A stretch of 64,000 nt of DNA from Waterburya sp. (GTDB lineage: Bacteria; Cyanobacteriota; Cyanobacteriia; Cyanobacteriales; Xenococcaceae): positions 192,001-256,000 of the forward strand of contig CBDCJV010000002.1 of NCBI GenBank assembly GCA_965217895.1, read 5' to 3'. The number at the start of each line of letters is the position of its first letter. Position 1 is the stretch's first letter. The position numbers and the translations under genes are program-made. The notes under the pieces were generated by a model, which worked only from the letters and a program-made list of their open reading frames with translations, was not told where the DNA came from and made no database searches. Of the stretch, positions 1 to 8,912 are shown piece after piece.

Positions 1-139
1 TAACTGATTGCCTCAGTCATAGAATCAAAACCATGAACTCTCAGTAGGTTAATAACCCAACTTTTAATCAAAGAGATGTTTGTGGATGCTTTGCCGTGAA
101 GTTGAGGGCTGTTATCTTCTTTCGTTACGACATCCTTAA

Positions 140-181
140 ACGGCACTCAATACGGCGACGCAGGTTCGCCGTCCGTGCCTC
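140..181. repeat. 42-bp hairpin micro-insertion in ISAs1 transposase
   Basis: Removing it restores HWGIENRWHW-V-KDVV. Hairpin GGCAC..ACGGCGA/TCGCCGT..GTGCC. Confidence 0.7.
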
Positions 182-253
182 CCCAATGCCAACGATTCTC
201 GATACCCCAATGTCGGCCAATACCTTGGGGAATAAGCCAAGAAGTTGCTGTTC

Positions 254-610
254 ACAAGTAGCAGATAACAAGTAGCGCAGCCTGGAGGCTGCCGACGTTG
301 CTCCGCAACGGCCAGACGCGAAGCGCGTCTGCAAGTTCAACCTCTGCCACAGCAAGCAAAGCTTGCAAAGTCGTCGAAGACGACGACATGGAGCGATAGC
401 TCCTGTGTCAGACAAAGGGCTTGCCCGCATGTATTCAAGAGTTGAATTATTTTTTCATCTTTTCCTCATCAATGAAGAGGCTGCATATCCAACTTCGGAG
501 TTTTTCTTAATTGCTATCTGCTATTTGCACACGCTGGAGCGTGTCGCCATCGCGAAGCGATGTCGGCGTTCTCCAGAACGCGCTACTTGCTACTTAACTC
601 CGAAGGAGTT
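254..610. mobile_element. MITE-like insert made of stacked hairpins
   Basis: Interrupts the transposase between YYISSL and TATSWLIPQGIGRHW. Inverted AAGTAGCA ends. Two inverted copies of a three-hairpin module at 275-332 and 527-583. Confidence 0.6.
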
Positions 611-830
611 GGGTAAAGAACTAATATAATAAGTCGCCGAATCCGATTCGTAATCGTGATTACCTCTTGTTCGCGAACGGAAAATTTTGATGATACTATG
701 AACTCCAACCCATTGAGAATCAATGTTTGATGGAGGAGCCAATACTTCTACAGTTCGATGAGTTAGTCGATTTCTTGTCTTCTCGATCTGCTCAAAGCAA
801 CTAATCGCCTTTGTACTTGTTGCTTGAAAT

Positions 831-881
831 TCAACAGCGGAGTGGAATAAGCGCGGGAAACCCACGCATTTCCTCCGCTCA
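831..881 (+). repeat. 48-bp TCA-flanked hairpin element, copy 1
   Basis: TCA-AC-AGCGGAG-TG-GAAT-AA-GCGCGGG-AAA-CCCACGC-ATTT-C-CTCCGC-TCA. Excision restores QIEFQ in the transposase. Confidence 0.85.
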
Positions 882-1333
882 ATTTGTCGATGTAATGTTT
901 TTTGATTTCTTTTGACCACAATTAGGTAGTTATTACCACTGTCGATAATTGCTGAGACTGTTTTTTTTGACAATGTAGAGCATCTATCGTGAACACCACT
1001 CCTTTTAAATGCAGCAATTCTAATAAGTCTTGCACGGCGACAATCTCACTTTGTTTCTTATTTTCCCTAACTTTTATGCCTAAAATTTCCCCGCCTTCAT
1101 GAGTCAAAGCCGAAACCATCATGACGAAGTTTTGCTGTTGTCCATAACAGTCGTTGACAGTATTTTTCAAACTTTTGCCATCAATTGCAATCCATTCACC
1201 TGCTTTTCGCTCATCAGGTATTTGTTTCAAATAGTCAATTAAGCTTTTATCCCAGTCTTTTAAAGTCATTGAGCGGTTAAATTAGGTTTTATATCAATTT
1301 ACCGCACTTTAGCTCTAGAATGAAACAGCCCTA

Positions 1334-1372
1334 CCAGATTTGGGGGGCTAGGGGGCGAGTGCGTAAGTCCTA
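1334..1372. repeat. Right end of a TAGGACTTACGCA-type MITE, cut by the ISAs1 element
   Basis: TTGGGGGGCTAGGGGG..TGCGTAAGTCCTA matches the end of the MITE at 25168-25428. Confidence 0.7.
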
Positions 1373-1429
1373 TTTAAGATTCTTACCTTGCCCGAAACTT
1401 TAACCTAGTTGTAGTTCAAAGATTTAAAA

Positions 1430-3055
1430 TTGGCTAAATACACTTCTCTATTCTCAGAAAAAAAATTCAGCAGATCTCCTCTAAAATTTCTGGTTAGATT
1501 TTCCTCTATCTTCTCAATTGCGATCGCAACTTTGGTGACAGTAGCTGTATTTGAGCGTCCAACCATACCCGCAGAAAGAATTGATTTTAACTATAGTTTG
1601 CTCGGTTTTAAGATCCAGGTCGAAGACCTAGAAGCCTTTGCCAAACATGGAGAAATCAGCAGTAGTCTCAATTTTTATCTTAAGCGTATCTCACCGAAGC
1701 AAACTGAGAGATTACAAAAGCTTCTGCGCCAAAGCTACAATGTTAATCGAGTTTTGGTCTATCGCTATTCCCGTACTACCTCTGGGATTAAAATATTGCA
1801 GCGCATCGGCGAGATTATTCAATTACCTGGAGGCATCAATGGTTTTTATGGTTTGCGGGCTGCGGTGGTACAGAGTGCAGGATCTCCTGACGGGGTTAAC
1901 TTAGTTGATTTTTTAAAACGTTTCCCTACAGACGTTAACCTCAATCTTTCAGAATTACTCAAGCTGGTTAAGCAAGTCTCTAATGCCGAAGATGATACTC
2001 AAGAGTTTATTACCAGCTTAGACGAAGGGAAAACCTCAAAAGCAACTTCAGCAGATTTTAAAAAAGCTCCTAATTTTTCCAAGAAGGGTCAATTTCAAGT
2101 AACTAAACAGACATTAGACTTTTATGACCCTAAACGCGATCGCAATTTAGTTACCGATCTTTATCTACCTAAAAACAGCAAATCTACTCCTGTAATAGTA
2201 GTTTCTAATGGTTTAGGTGCAAAACGCGATCGCTTTCAAGATTTAGCAAATCATTTGGCTTCCTATGGCTTTGCGGTGGTTATTCCCGATCATCCTGGGA
2301 GCGATCGTCAACGACAATTAGACTTTGTTAGAGGTTTATACAAAGAGAATTTTGATGCCACAGAATATACAGATCGTCCCTTGGATATTAGCTATATTTT
2401 AGATGAATTAGAAAAAATCAATCAAAAACAGTTAAATAATAATCTTAATCTGGAACAGGTTGGTATTTTTGGTTATTCTATCGGCGGGACGACGGCTCTT
2501 TCTTTGGCAGGGGCAGAGATTGATTTTCCCCAACTAGAACATGATTGCGCTCAACAACTCGATCTGCTCAATATTTCCGTATTATATCAGTGTCGTGCTT
2601 TGGATATGCCGAGAAAAAAGCAGTCTCTAAAAGATAATCGTATCAAGGCTGCATATATGTTTGTGCCTTTTGGCAATAGTCTTTTTAATAAACAGAAGCT
2701 TAAAGAAATATCAATTCCTGTGATGTGGCAGGTTGTAGATCGAGATTTTTTAACTTCGCTGCTAAATGAACAGGTGCCTTTATTTAAATCTTTGGAAAAT
2801 AGCGATCGGCATTTGGTAATTTCCGAAAGATTACCCCATTCTAATGTCACTTTAGCAAACGAGCAGCGATCTTCGCAAGCAAAGGCTTTTAATGTGGCAA
2901 AAACTTATCAAAACATCCTCTCGTTGGTTTTCTTTGAAAACTACCTTACCCAAGATCGAAAATTTCGCCCTTACTTAAGCGCAGAATATATAAGGGCGAT
3001 CGCTCAAAAACCCTATAGTCTGCATATTTTAGCCAAATCATCAGACAAAAGCTAA
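1430..3055 (+). CDS. DUF1400-containing alpha/beta hydrolase
   Basis: N-terminal AERI..LEAFAKHGEIS domain, SNGLG, DHPGS and GYSIGG nucleophile elbow. Confidence 0.85.
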   Translation: MAKYTSLFSEKKFSRSPLKFLVRFSSIFSIAIATLVTVAVFERPTIPAERIDFNYSLLGFKIQVEDLEAFAKHGEISSSLNFYLKRISPKQTERLQKLLRQSYNVNRVLVYRYSRTTSGIKILQRIGEIIQLPGGINGFYGLRAAVVQSAGSPDGVNLVDFLKRFPTDVNLNLSELLKLVKQVSNAEDDTQEFITSLDEGKTSKATSADFKKAPNFSKKGQFQVTKQTLDFYDPKRDRNLVTDLYLPKNSKSTPVIVVSNGLGAKRDRFQDLANHLASYGFAVVIPDHPGSDRQRQLDFVRGLYKENFDATEYTDRPLDISYILDELEKINQKQLNNNLNLEQVGIFGYSIGGTTALSLAGAEIDFPQLEHDCAQQLDLLNISVLYQCRALDMPRKKQSLKDNRIKAAYMFVPFGNSLFNKQKLKEISIPVMWQVVDRDFLTSLLNEQVPLFKSLENSDRHLVISERLPHSNVTLANEQRSSQAKAFNVAKTYQNILSLVFFENYLTQDRKFRPYLSAEYIRAIAQKPYSLHILAKSSDKS

Positions 3056-3132
3056 AAGTAATTTTTTTATAACATAATCCAAACATCTGCTTAATTTGAG
3101 GTAACTTTGATGAGTTAAGACTACTTTAGAAG

Positions 3133-4524
3133 TTGTTTATGAATCACGGTAGCTATGATGTAGTGGTAATCGGAGGTGGTCCTGCTGGATCGACTTTATC
3201 TACCCTGTTGGTCAAGCAAGGGTACGCGGTTTTGCTGCTAGAAAAAGGAAAATTCCCTCGTTTTCATGTAGGAGAGTCTTTATTACCCGCAACTCAAGCG
3301 ATTTGGCACAAGCTAGGTATTGCTGAATCATTAGAAAATTTAGCACAGAAGAGATATAAAGACAGTGCCGAATTTAGGATTGGACTTTCTCCTCATAGTC
3401 CAGATTATGAGTCTGCAAACATTGACTTTACCAAACCCGAAAACTGGTCGGCAAAAGATTTTCCGAATCATCCTTACGCCTATCAGGTTGAACGTAGTCA
3501 ATTCGATCTCTTGCTGTTAAATCATGCTCGCCAACAAGGAGTGAAGGTGTGCGAATCAGCAACGGTGCGAGAGATTATTTGGTCAGGGGATAAAGCGACT
3601 GGCGTGCGGTGGCGTGACGATGACGGACTTGAGCATCTTACCTCAGCTAAATGTATTGCCGATTGTTCTGGAAGACAAGCATTAATTGCCAAAAGTAAGA
3701 ATCTGCTAGTAGAAGATAAAACTATCAAAACCTCGGCGGTGTTTGGTCACTTTAGCGATGTTACTCCTAACCCTGGAAAAGAACAGGGTGCAATTAGCAT
3801 TTACTTTATTGCTAACGGCTGGATTTGGTTTATTCCCCTGCAGGCAAACAAAATGAGCGTGGGAGTAGTAGTCAACAAACCTGAAAGTGACTGGTGGCAC
3901 AAAAAAAATCCCCAGGATATTCTACTTACCTACATAAACCGCTATAAATTTTTGCAAACTAGATTTGAGTCAGCACAGCAAACCTCAAAAACTCGGCTGT
4001 TAAGCAACCTATCCTATGCTGCCAAGCAAACTGCGGGAGATGGCTGGCTATTGGTAGGGGATGCTAATTTCTTTGTCGATCCTTTTCTTTCTTCGGGGGT
4101 GCAGGTAGCCTTTAAAACTGCCGAAAAAGCGGCGATCGCCATTAACGAATATCTCCAGAATAACAGTAATTTAAAATCTTTCCAAAATTATGCAAAATGG
4201 TGTCAAAGCTATAAATTCCATGTTGTTGTGACCATGCGCTTGATGTATGGCTTGATGAAATATCAGTTTGCAATCCGCACATTTGTTACAGCAGTAAGGA
4301 ACAGTTTAAAGATCAAACCCAATCGATTAGAACGGGGGTTTATTGCCTGGACACTTGGTAACTTTGATCGCCATCATTGGTCACTATACTTTATGTGGCT
4401 TGTCTTTTACACACTTATTGTGGTTGCTAAAATACGCCAGTTTATACTGCGTCAAAATCCTTGGTCAGATTATTCAAAGTTTTGTCCCCTGATTAACAAG
4501 CCCATACCCAAACCTCATTGTTGA
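3133..4524 (+). CDS. FAD-dependent oxidoreductase, flavin-dependent halogenase-like
   Basis: GGGPAGS, FPRFHVGESLLP, WIWFIP (WxWxIP) and GDANFFVDPFLSSGV motifs. Confidence 0.8.
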   Translation: MFMNHGSYDVVVIGGGPAGSTLSTLLVKQGYAVLLLEKGKFPRFHVGESLLPATQAIWHKLGIAESLENLAQKRYKDSAEFRIGLSPHSPDYESANIDFTKPENWSAKDFPNHPYAYQVERSQFDLLLLNHARQQGVKVCESATVREIIWSGDKATGVRWRDDDGLEHLTSAKCIADCSGRQALIAKSKNLLVEDKTIKTSAVFGHFSDVTPNPGKEQGAISIYFIANGWIWFIPLQANKMSVGVVVNKPESDWWHKKNPQDILLTYINRYKFLQTRFESAQQTSKTRLLSNLSYAAKQTAGDGWLLVGDANFFVDPFLSSGVQVAFKTAEKAAIAINEYLQNNSNLKSFQNYAKWCQSYKFHVVVTMRLMYGLMKYQFAIRTFVTAVRNSLKIKPNRLERGFIAWTLGNFDRHHWSLYFMWLVFYTLIVVAKIRQFILRQNPWSDYSKFCPLINKPIPKPHC

Positions 4525-4749
4525 ATAATCGTGTTGTGAAGTTATGCTGTTAAAATTATCGCTACTAGCAAAAAAACCTAACTCTATATTGCGATCGCTT
4601 GTTGTTTTGAAGATCGACTTCAAGAAGTGGCGCATTTATCTGCATCTGTAAATTATTGACCAAATGGATAAATAAAACAAAGCTAATTCACATCAAGTAT
4701 GAGGTATCCTAGCATAGAGAATAAGCCAACCAAACTATGAAGAAAAGCG

Positions 4750-6030
4750 GTGTTAGATCTCAAACTAATTAGAGCCAACCCTCAGCACATTCAAGAATTA
4801 ATTAATCGTCGTAATGGTAGTTATGACATCCAGCCAATTATAAAATTAGATAGTGCTTCAAGGGAGCTAGAAACTAACCGCAGCCAGCTTAGCGCGCGGG
4901 GTAACGAAATTGGCAAACTGATTGGCAAAAAGATTGGTAGCGGTAGCGATCCTCAAGGAAATGAGATAAATCAGCTTAAGGCTGAAGGTAACAACCTAAA
5001 AACCCAGTTAAGTGAATTAGAACCCCAAGAAAGAGAATTAAAAGCCAAGATTGAAGCTCTTTTATTAGAATTACCTAATTTACCTGATGAATCTGTCCCC
5101 GTTGGTAAAAGCGAGGACGATAACGTAGAGATTAAACGCTGGGGCGATGAATATATAGCTAATAGCGAGAATGTATTGCCTCATTGGGAAATAGGCGAAA
5201 AATTAGGCATTTTAGATTTTAAACGGGCAGTGAAAGTAGCCCAGAGTCGCTTTGTTAATTTAGTTGGCGCAGGGGCAGCATTAGAAAGGGCTTTAATTAG
5301 CTTTATGCTGGATATGCAAATTGAAGCCGGTTATATTGAAGTAATGCCTCCTGTATTAATAAATAGTGCTTCTTTACAGGGTACAAGTCAGTTACCAAAG
5401 TTTGCCGAAGATAGCTTTAAATGCACCAACGATGATTTGTGGTTGACTCCTACATCCGAAGTACCTCTTGTTAACCTATATCGAGATGAGGTTTTAGAAG
5501 ATACCGAGTTACCGATCCGCCATTGTGCTTACACTCCTTGTTTTAGAAGAGAAGCAGGCAGTGCAGGTAGAGATAGCAGAGGTTTAATCAGGCTGCATCA
5601 ATTTAATAAAGTAGAGTTGGTTAAAATAGTTGCCCCTGAAACTTCTGATGCCGAACATCAAACTTTAGTAAAGAATGCCGAAGCTATCCTCCAAGCTTTA
5701 AAACTACCTTACCGTATCTTAGAACTCTGCACAGGGGATATTGGTTTTGGGGCTGCAAAATGCTTTGACCTAGAGGTGTGGTTGCCCTCGGCAAAAATGT
5801 ATCGTGAAATCTCTAGCTGTTCTAACTGTAAAGATTTTCAAGCCCGTCGCGCTAATATTCGCTTTAAACAAGCAGGTAAAAAAGGAACACAGTATGTTCA
5901 TACCCTTAATGGTTCGGGCTTAGCAATTGGACGCACTATGGCAGCAGTACTAGAAAATTATCAGCAGCCTGATGGCACAGTTAGAATACCTGATGTGCTG
6001 CAACCATATTTAAAGAGAGAAATTTTGTAG
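4750..6030 (+). CDS. serS: Serine--tRNA ligase
   Basis: MLDLKLIR start, coiled-coil arm, [21 protein letters not shown] and [12 protein letters not shown]. Confidence 0.97.
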   Translation: MLDLKLIRANPQHIQELINRRNGSYDIQPIIKLDSASRELETNRSQLSARGNEIGKLIGKKIGSGSDPQGNEINQLKAEGNNLKTQLSELEPQERELKAKIEALLLELPNLPDESVPVGKSEDDNVEIKRWGDEYIANSENVLPHWEIGEKLGILDFKRAVKVAQSRFVNLVGAGAALERALISFMLDMQIEAGYIEVMPPVLINSASLQGTSQLPKFAEDSFKCTNDDLWLTPTSEVPLVNLYRDEVLEDTELPIRHCAYTPCFRREAGSAGRDSRGLIRLHQFNKVELVKIVAPETSDAEHQTLVKNAEAILQALKLPYRILELCTGDIGFGAAKCFDLEVWLPSAKMYREISSCSNCKDFQARRANIRFKQAGKKGTQYVHTLNGSGLAIGRTMAAVLENYQQPDGTVRIPDVLQPYLKREIL

Positions 6031-6039
6031 ATATTTATT

Positions 6040-6160
6040 TGTGGGCGAAAGAAAAGTGGGCGAAAAGCCCTTCGGGTTCGACATCGGAAAGCATTCCCTT
6101 GCGCCTTCGGACGACGCGGGGTCTCGACCCACCGCAACTGTCTCACCTTTCGCCCCTACA
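6040..6160. repeat. Nested palindromic repeat cluster between convergent serS and thyX
   Basis: GGGCGAA..TTCGCCCCTACA shell (compare 29991-30020). It contains a GGGTTC..CAACTGTCTCACC element, itself interrupted by an inverted GACCCCGCGTC..CAAGGGAATGC element (6091-6123). Confidence 0.7.
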
Positions 6161-6174
6161 GTTATTAACTAACG

Positions 6175-6638
6175 TTATTTCTGTGCGTGAATTGTCCAGG
6201 CTGCCATTGAGACTGGGACAATTGGTTCAATTAACTCAATGATCGCACTGGCATAAGCTCCAATTTCGCTTTGCGCCCCTTTTCCTAAGCGTAAGCCAAT
6301 AAAATTCAAAAGAGCCTGTAAACTGACTGTCCAGACCCAAGACGTATAAACAGAAGGAACTAAAACCCCTCTAGCCTGCTCTCTACCTACGCCCAACTCT
6401 AAAAGCTCAGAATACGCCTGATAGCTATTTTCGCATTGTTCTTGGTATAGGTTGATCGCTTTTTGATTAACTTGGGGCTCTAAACTCCCAAGAGTCGCCT
6501 GTTTATTATTTTTTGACTGCTGCCTAAAGGTAAGAGGAATATAAAATTCGTTACTGTCATCAATTGATACATAGCGAAAACTTTTCTCATTCCAGCCAAG
6601 TTGCTCCTCATTGTGATTACTAGCTATGACGTGCTTCC
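6175..6638 (-). CDS. thyX: Flavin-dependent thymidylate synthase ThyX, exon 2
   Basis: Open frame (W)KHVIASNHNEEQLGWNEKSFRY...GVGREQARGVL...LRLGKGAQSEI. Joined to exon 1 it gives a 717-nt, 238-aa ORF. Confidence 0.93.
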
Positions 6639-7514
6639 CAGTTGTGTTACAAGTAACCCGATGCCGATTACTTTCTTACAGTTTCCTGCAAGCTCAGACT
6701 ATATCATAATCCTTCTATTACAGTTAGGATTCTCCGCGCTTCGAGTTCTCTTAAACCCTACTCCCCAATGGGATAGTCGTTGCGCCTTCCGATGGACTAT
6801 CGGCTTGGCTCAGGATTGCCATATTTTCTGCTTTGTCAACAGACAAACTGTAGGTGTCCCCTGAATTCACGGAGTACGCATCTAGAATTTCTTCTAAATG
6901 GGGCATTGTGTATTTTTCAGTAAGTATGTCAAATTGGATAATTCCCGCTTGTACTAACTGCATAGATATTGACTCTAGCCGATCATGAATTTCTCTATGA
7001 TGACCATTGCTTTGACAAATATAAAGATTGTTAGGCTGATTATTTAGTTTGTCTCCGTCAATGTGGTGAACTCTCTCATGTTTAGTAAGAGGACTACCTT
7101 TTTGAAGTTCTGCGACTAAACGGTGAATTAGACAATACTTGTCTTTTCTACTTGTGTAGTTATGCCCGCGACCCAAATAAACTTCTTTATATCTACTGCT
7201 ATTTATGTATGCTTTACCTATCTCAATCCTGTGCCTAGGTTTTACATTTCCTTTATTCCAAGCAGGTCTACCTTTATTTGCTTTGCCTATAGATCTATTC
7301 TTACAAGTTTTACAGGGGTGTATGTCTGATTCTCGAATCTTTTTAGAATAATTAACAACACGCTCATTCAGACAAATTTCACATCGGAGTTTTACTCGTC
7401 TAGTGTATCTGTATTTACGCTTTGCACCCAAACCCCTTAGAGTTCTTGCATTCTCCAAGATTTCGATGAGCATATTTACACCGTCATACGACACTTACCA
7501 ATCTTACACAGTTT
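6639..7514 (-). mobile_element. Group I intron (IA-like, with P7.1/P7.2) in thyX, carrying an HNH endonuclease ORF
   Basis: Exon 1 ends in U and the intron ends in G. Core elements: P GTGAATTCAGGGGA, Q GGCAATCCTGAGCCAAG, R GGCGCAACGACTA, S GATATAGTC. P3 CTCCGTG/CGCGGAG, P7 GACTA/TAGTC, P9 CTTGCAG-GAAA-CTGTAAG. IGS at 7482-7492 pairs with the end of exon 1. Confidence 0.93.
6751..7494 (-). CDS. Intron-encoded HNH homing endonuclease (start GTG 7494 or ATG 7473)
   Basis: CxxC..CxxC, a KGRPAWNKG (NUMOD3-like) motif and HRLVAE..VHHIDGDKLNNQPNNL..H HNH motif. Confidence 0.85.
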   Translation of the reverse strand: MSYDGVNMLIEILENARTLRGLGAKRKYRYTRRVKLRCEICLNERVVNYSKKIRESDIHPCKTCKNRSIGKANKGRPAWNKGNVKPRHRIEIGKAYINSSRYKEVYLGRGHNYTSRKDKYCLIHRLVAELQKGSPLTKHERVHHIDGDKLNNQPNNLYICQSNGHHREIHDRLESISMQLVQAGIIQFDILTEKYTMPHLEEILDAYSVNSGDTYSLSVDKAENMAILSQADSPSEGATTIPLGSRV

Positions 7515-7767
7515 ACCATTGACGACATACATACAAAGGAGCTTTTACTTTAAATTTAAATACAACTCCACGAAAAGGGCTAGTATGTTCATGTTTGATT
7601 AAATAGTTGATTAGTTTAATATCTTTTTCACCAAGCTTATTAGAAGTCTTTTCAAAAGATGCTCTGGCATCATTCACTATACTTAAATCATTTCCCATAG
7701 AATCAATTAATTCAATTCTACTTTTGCCGTCATTTAAAGGATCTCTTGATATTAGAGTATTGTCCAT
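7515..7767 (-). CDS. thyX: Flavin-dependent thymidylate synthase ThyX, exon 1
   Basis: DPLNDGKS..MGNDLSIVNDARASF..HTSPFRGVVFKFKVKAPLYVCRQW. Lies directly downstream of dcd. Confidence 0.93.
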
Positions 7768-7823
7768 AATTAAACTATTTGTATATATTTGCTTTTTTCA
7801 ATCTAGATTACTTTAGTTCGTAA

Positions 7824-8426
7824 TCAAACCTTCGGTAAGGTAACGCCAGAACCTTGATTTTGATATTTACCGCCTCGATCTGCGTAGGTGGTTTCGCAAG
7901 ACTCCCCCTCGAAAAATAATAACTGCACCACGCCCTCATTAGCGTAAATTTTTACATCCGCACTAGAAGCATTACTAAATTCTAAAGTTATACTTTCTCC
8001 CTGCCAAGAAGCCTCTAAGGGAGTCGTATTCGCTATCACACCAACACGAGCATAAGTAGATTTGCCAAGACAGATAGCGGTCACGTTGGCAGGCATTTTA
8101 ATACTTTCTAAGGATGCTCCTAAACCGTAACTATTTGCAGGGATAATAAAGTAGGATGAGCCATCATCATCATTGTGTAACTCTGCCTGTTCCAAGTTTT
8201 TGGGATTAAACTTTTTGGGATCGATAACAGTTCCTGGAATATGGCGAAATATCCGAAAATCGTGAGGAGACAGACGGATATCGTAGCCATAAGAACTTAA
8301 ACCCCAACTGATAGTAGATACTGCTTTTTCTGCACCCAAAACTGCTTTTCTGATTGATTTTTTCTCAAAAGGAGAAATCATACCTTGACAGGCTTGCTCG
8401 ATAATCCACTTATCATTTTTAATCAT
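7824..8426 (-). CDS. dcd: dCTP deaminase
   Basis: GLSSYGYDIRL, GKSTYARVG, YANEGVVQLLF and YADRGGKYQNQ. Confidence 0.95.
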   Translation of the reverse strand: MIKNDKWIIEQACQGMISPFEKKSIRKAVLGAEKAVSTISWGLSSYGYDIRLSPHDFRIFRHIPGTVIDPKKFNPKNLEQAELHNDDDGSSYFIIPANSYGLGASLESIKMPANVTAICLGKSTYARVGVIANTTPLEASWQGESITLEFSNASSADVKIYANEGVVQLLFFEGESCETTYADRGGKYQNQGSGVTLPKV

Positions 8427-8742
8427 CTTTGAGATACTGTTGCCAACCCTGACTATTTGTAAGCAGAGAGTATCTTAACAAGCAAAACGTTAATCTTAAT
8501 CTTTATTTTTTCTGAGGGATAAGGCGATCGCATAGCTAGATTAGGCATCGCCTTTGATGATTAGCTTGTAAATACTTCGTCTAACCCGACAACATCAAAT
8601 CTTCCCCTGACAACCTTTGAGGCGAACTAAGTGCTTCTACATCTTTGCCTAAACGGTAAATTTCTACTCTTTTCTCATCAGGGTGAATCAGCCAACCTAG
8701 TTTGACACCACATTCTTGATATTCTTTAATAGAGAAATTAAT

Positions 8743-8872
8743 ATAGCGATTCTCAAATCAATAAGATACATTAGCTAAGTTCTGAAAAAAAGTGCAAAAC
8801 CTTTCCCCCTTTTACCTTTTCCCTTTAACTAGACACAACTAAGGTGTATCTCGTAAATAAGAGAAACGCTAT
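8743..8872. repeat. MITE-like inverted-repeat element
   Basis: ATAGCGATTCTC..AGATACA / TGTATCT..GAGAAACGCTAT inverted ends around CCTTTT(C/A) heptamer repeats. Confidence 0.55.
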
Positions 8873-8912
8873 ATTATTCGAGTGTTAATAATTTTGTTAG
8901 CTAAAAATTGTT

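Larger units (their letters stand above)
1..1269 (-). pseudogene. ISAs1 transposase pseudogene
   Basis: ORFs 922-1269 and 590-973 join by a frameshift at an A8 run (CQKK). The N-terminal region appears deleted (IPDERKA runs straight into GEWIAIDGK). Insertions at 831-878, ~254-610 and 140-181. The C-terminal frame KDVVTKEDNSPQLHGKASTNISLIKSWVINLLR continues to position 1. Confidence 0.85.
1..1333 (-). mobile_element. Degenerate ISAs1-family insertion sequence (other end lies outside the window)
   Basis: End motif AGGGCTGTTTCATTCT at 1317-1332 (minus). Transposase pieces: WIAIDGKSL, EIVAVQDLL, FTIDALHCQKK, YYISSL, HWGIENRWHW, KDVV..ED. Confidence 0.85.

Noticed and set aside
125..629. ORFs 125-430 (minus) and 363-629 (plus)
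   Set aside because: They are chance frames across GC-rich hairpin inserts and out-of-frame transposase sequence.
5961..6864. ORFs 5961-6146, 6039-6242, 6601-6864 and stand-alone 6175-6396
   Set aside because: The first three overlap repeats or are antisense to thyX or the intron. The last is the tail of thyX exon 2.
6639..7514. Intein or group II intron explanation for the thyX interruption
   Set aside because: An in-frame TAA follows exon 1, with no Cys/His-Asn intein ends, no RT domain and no GUGYG start or domain V. Group I motifs are present instead.
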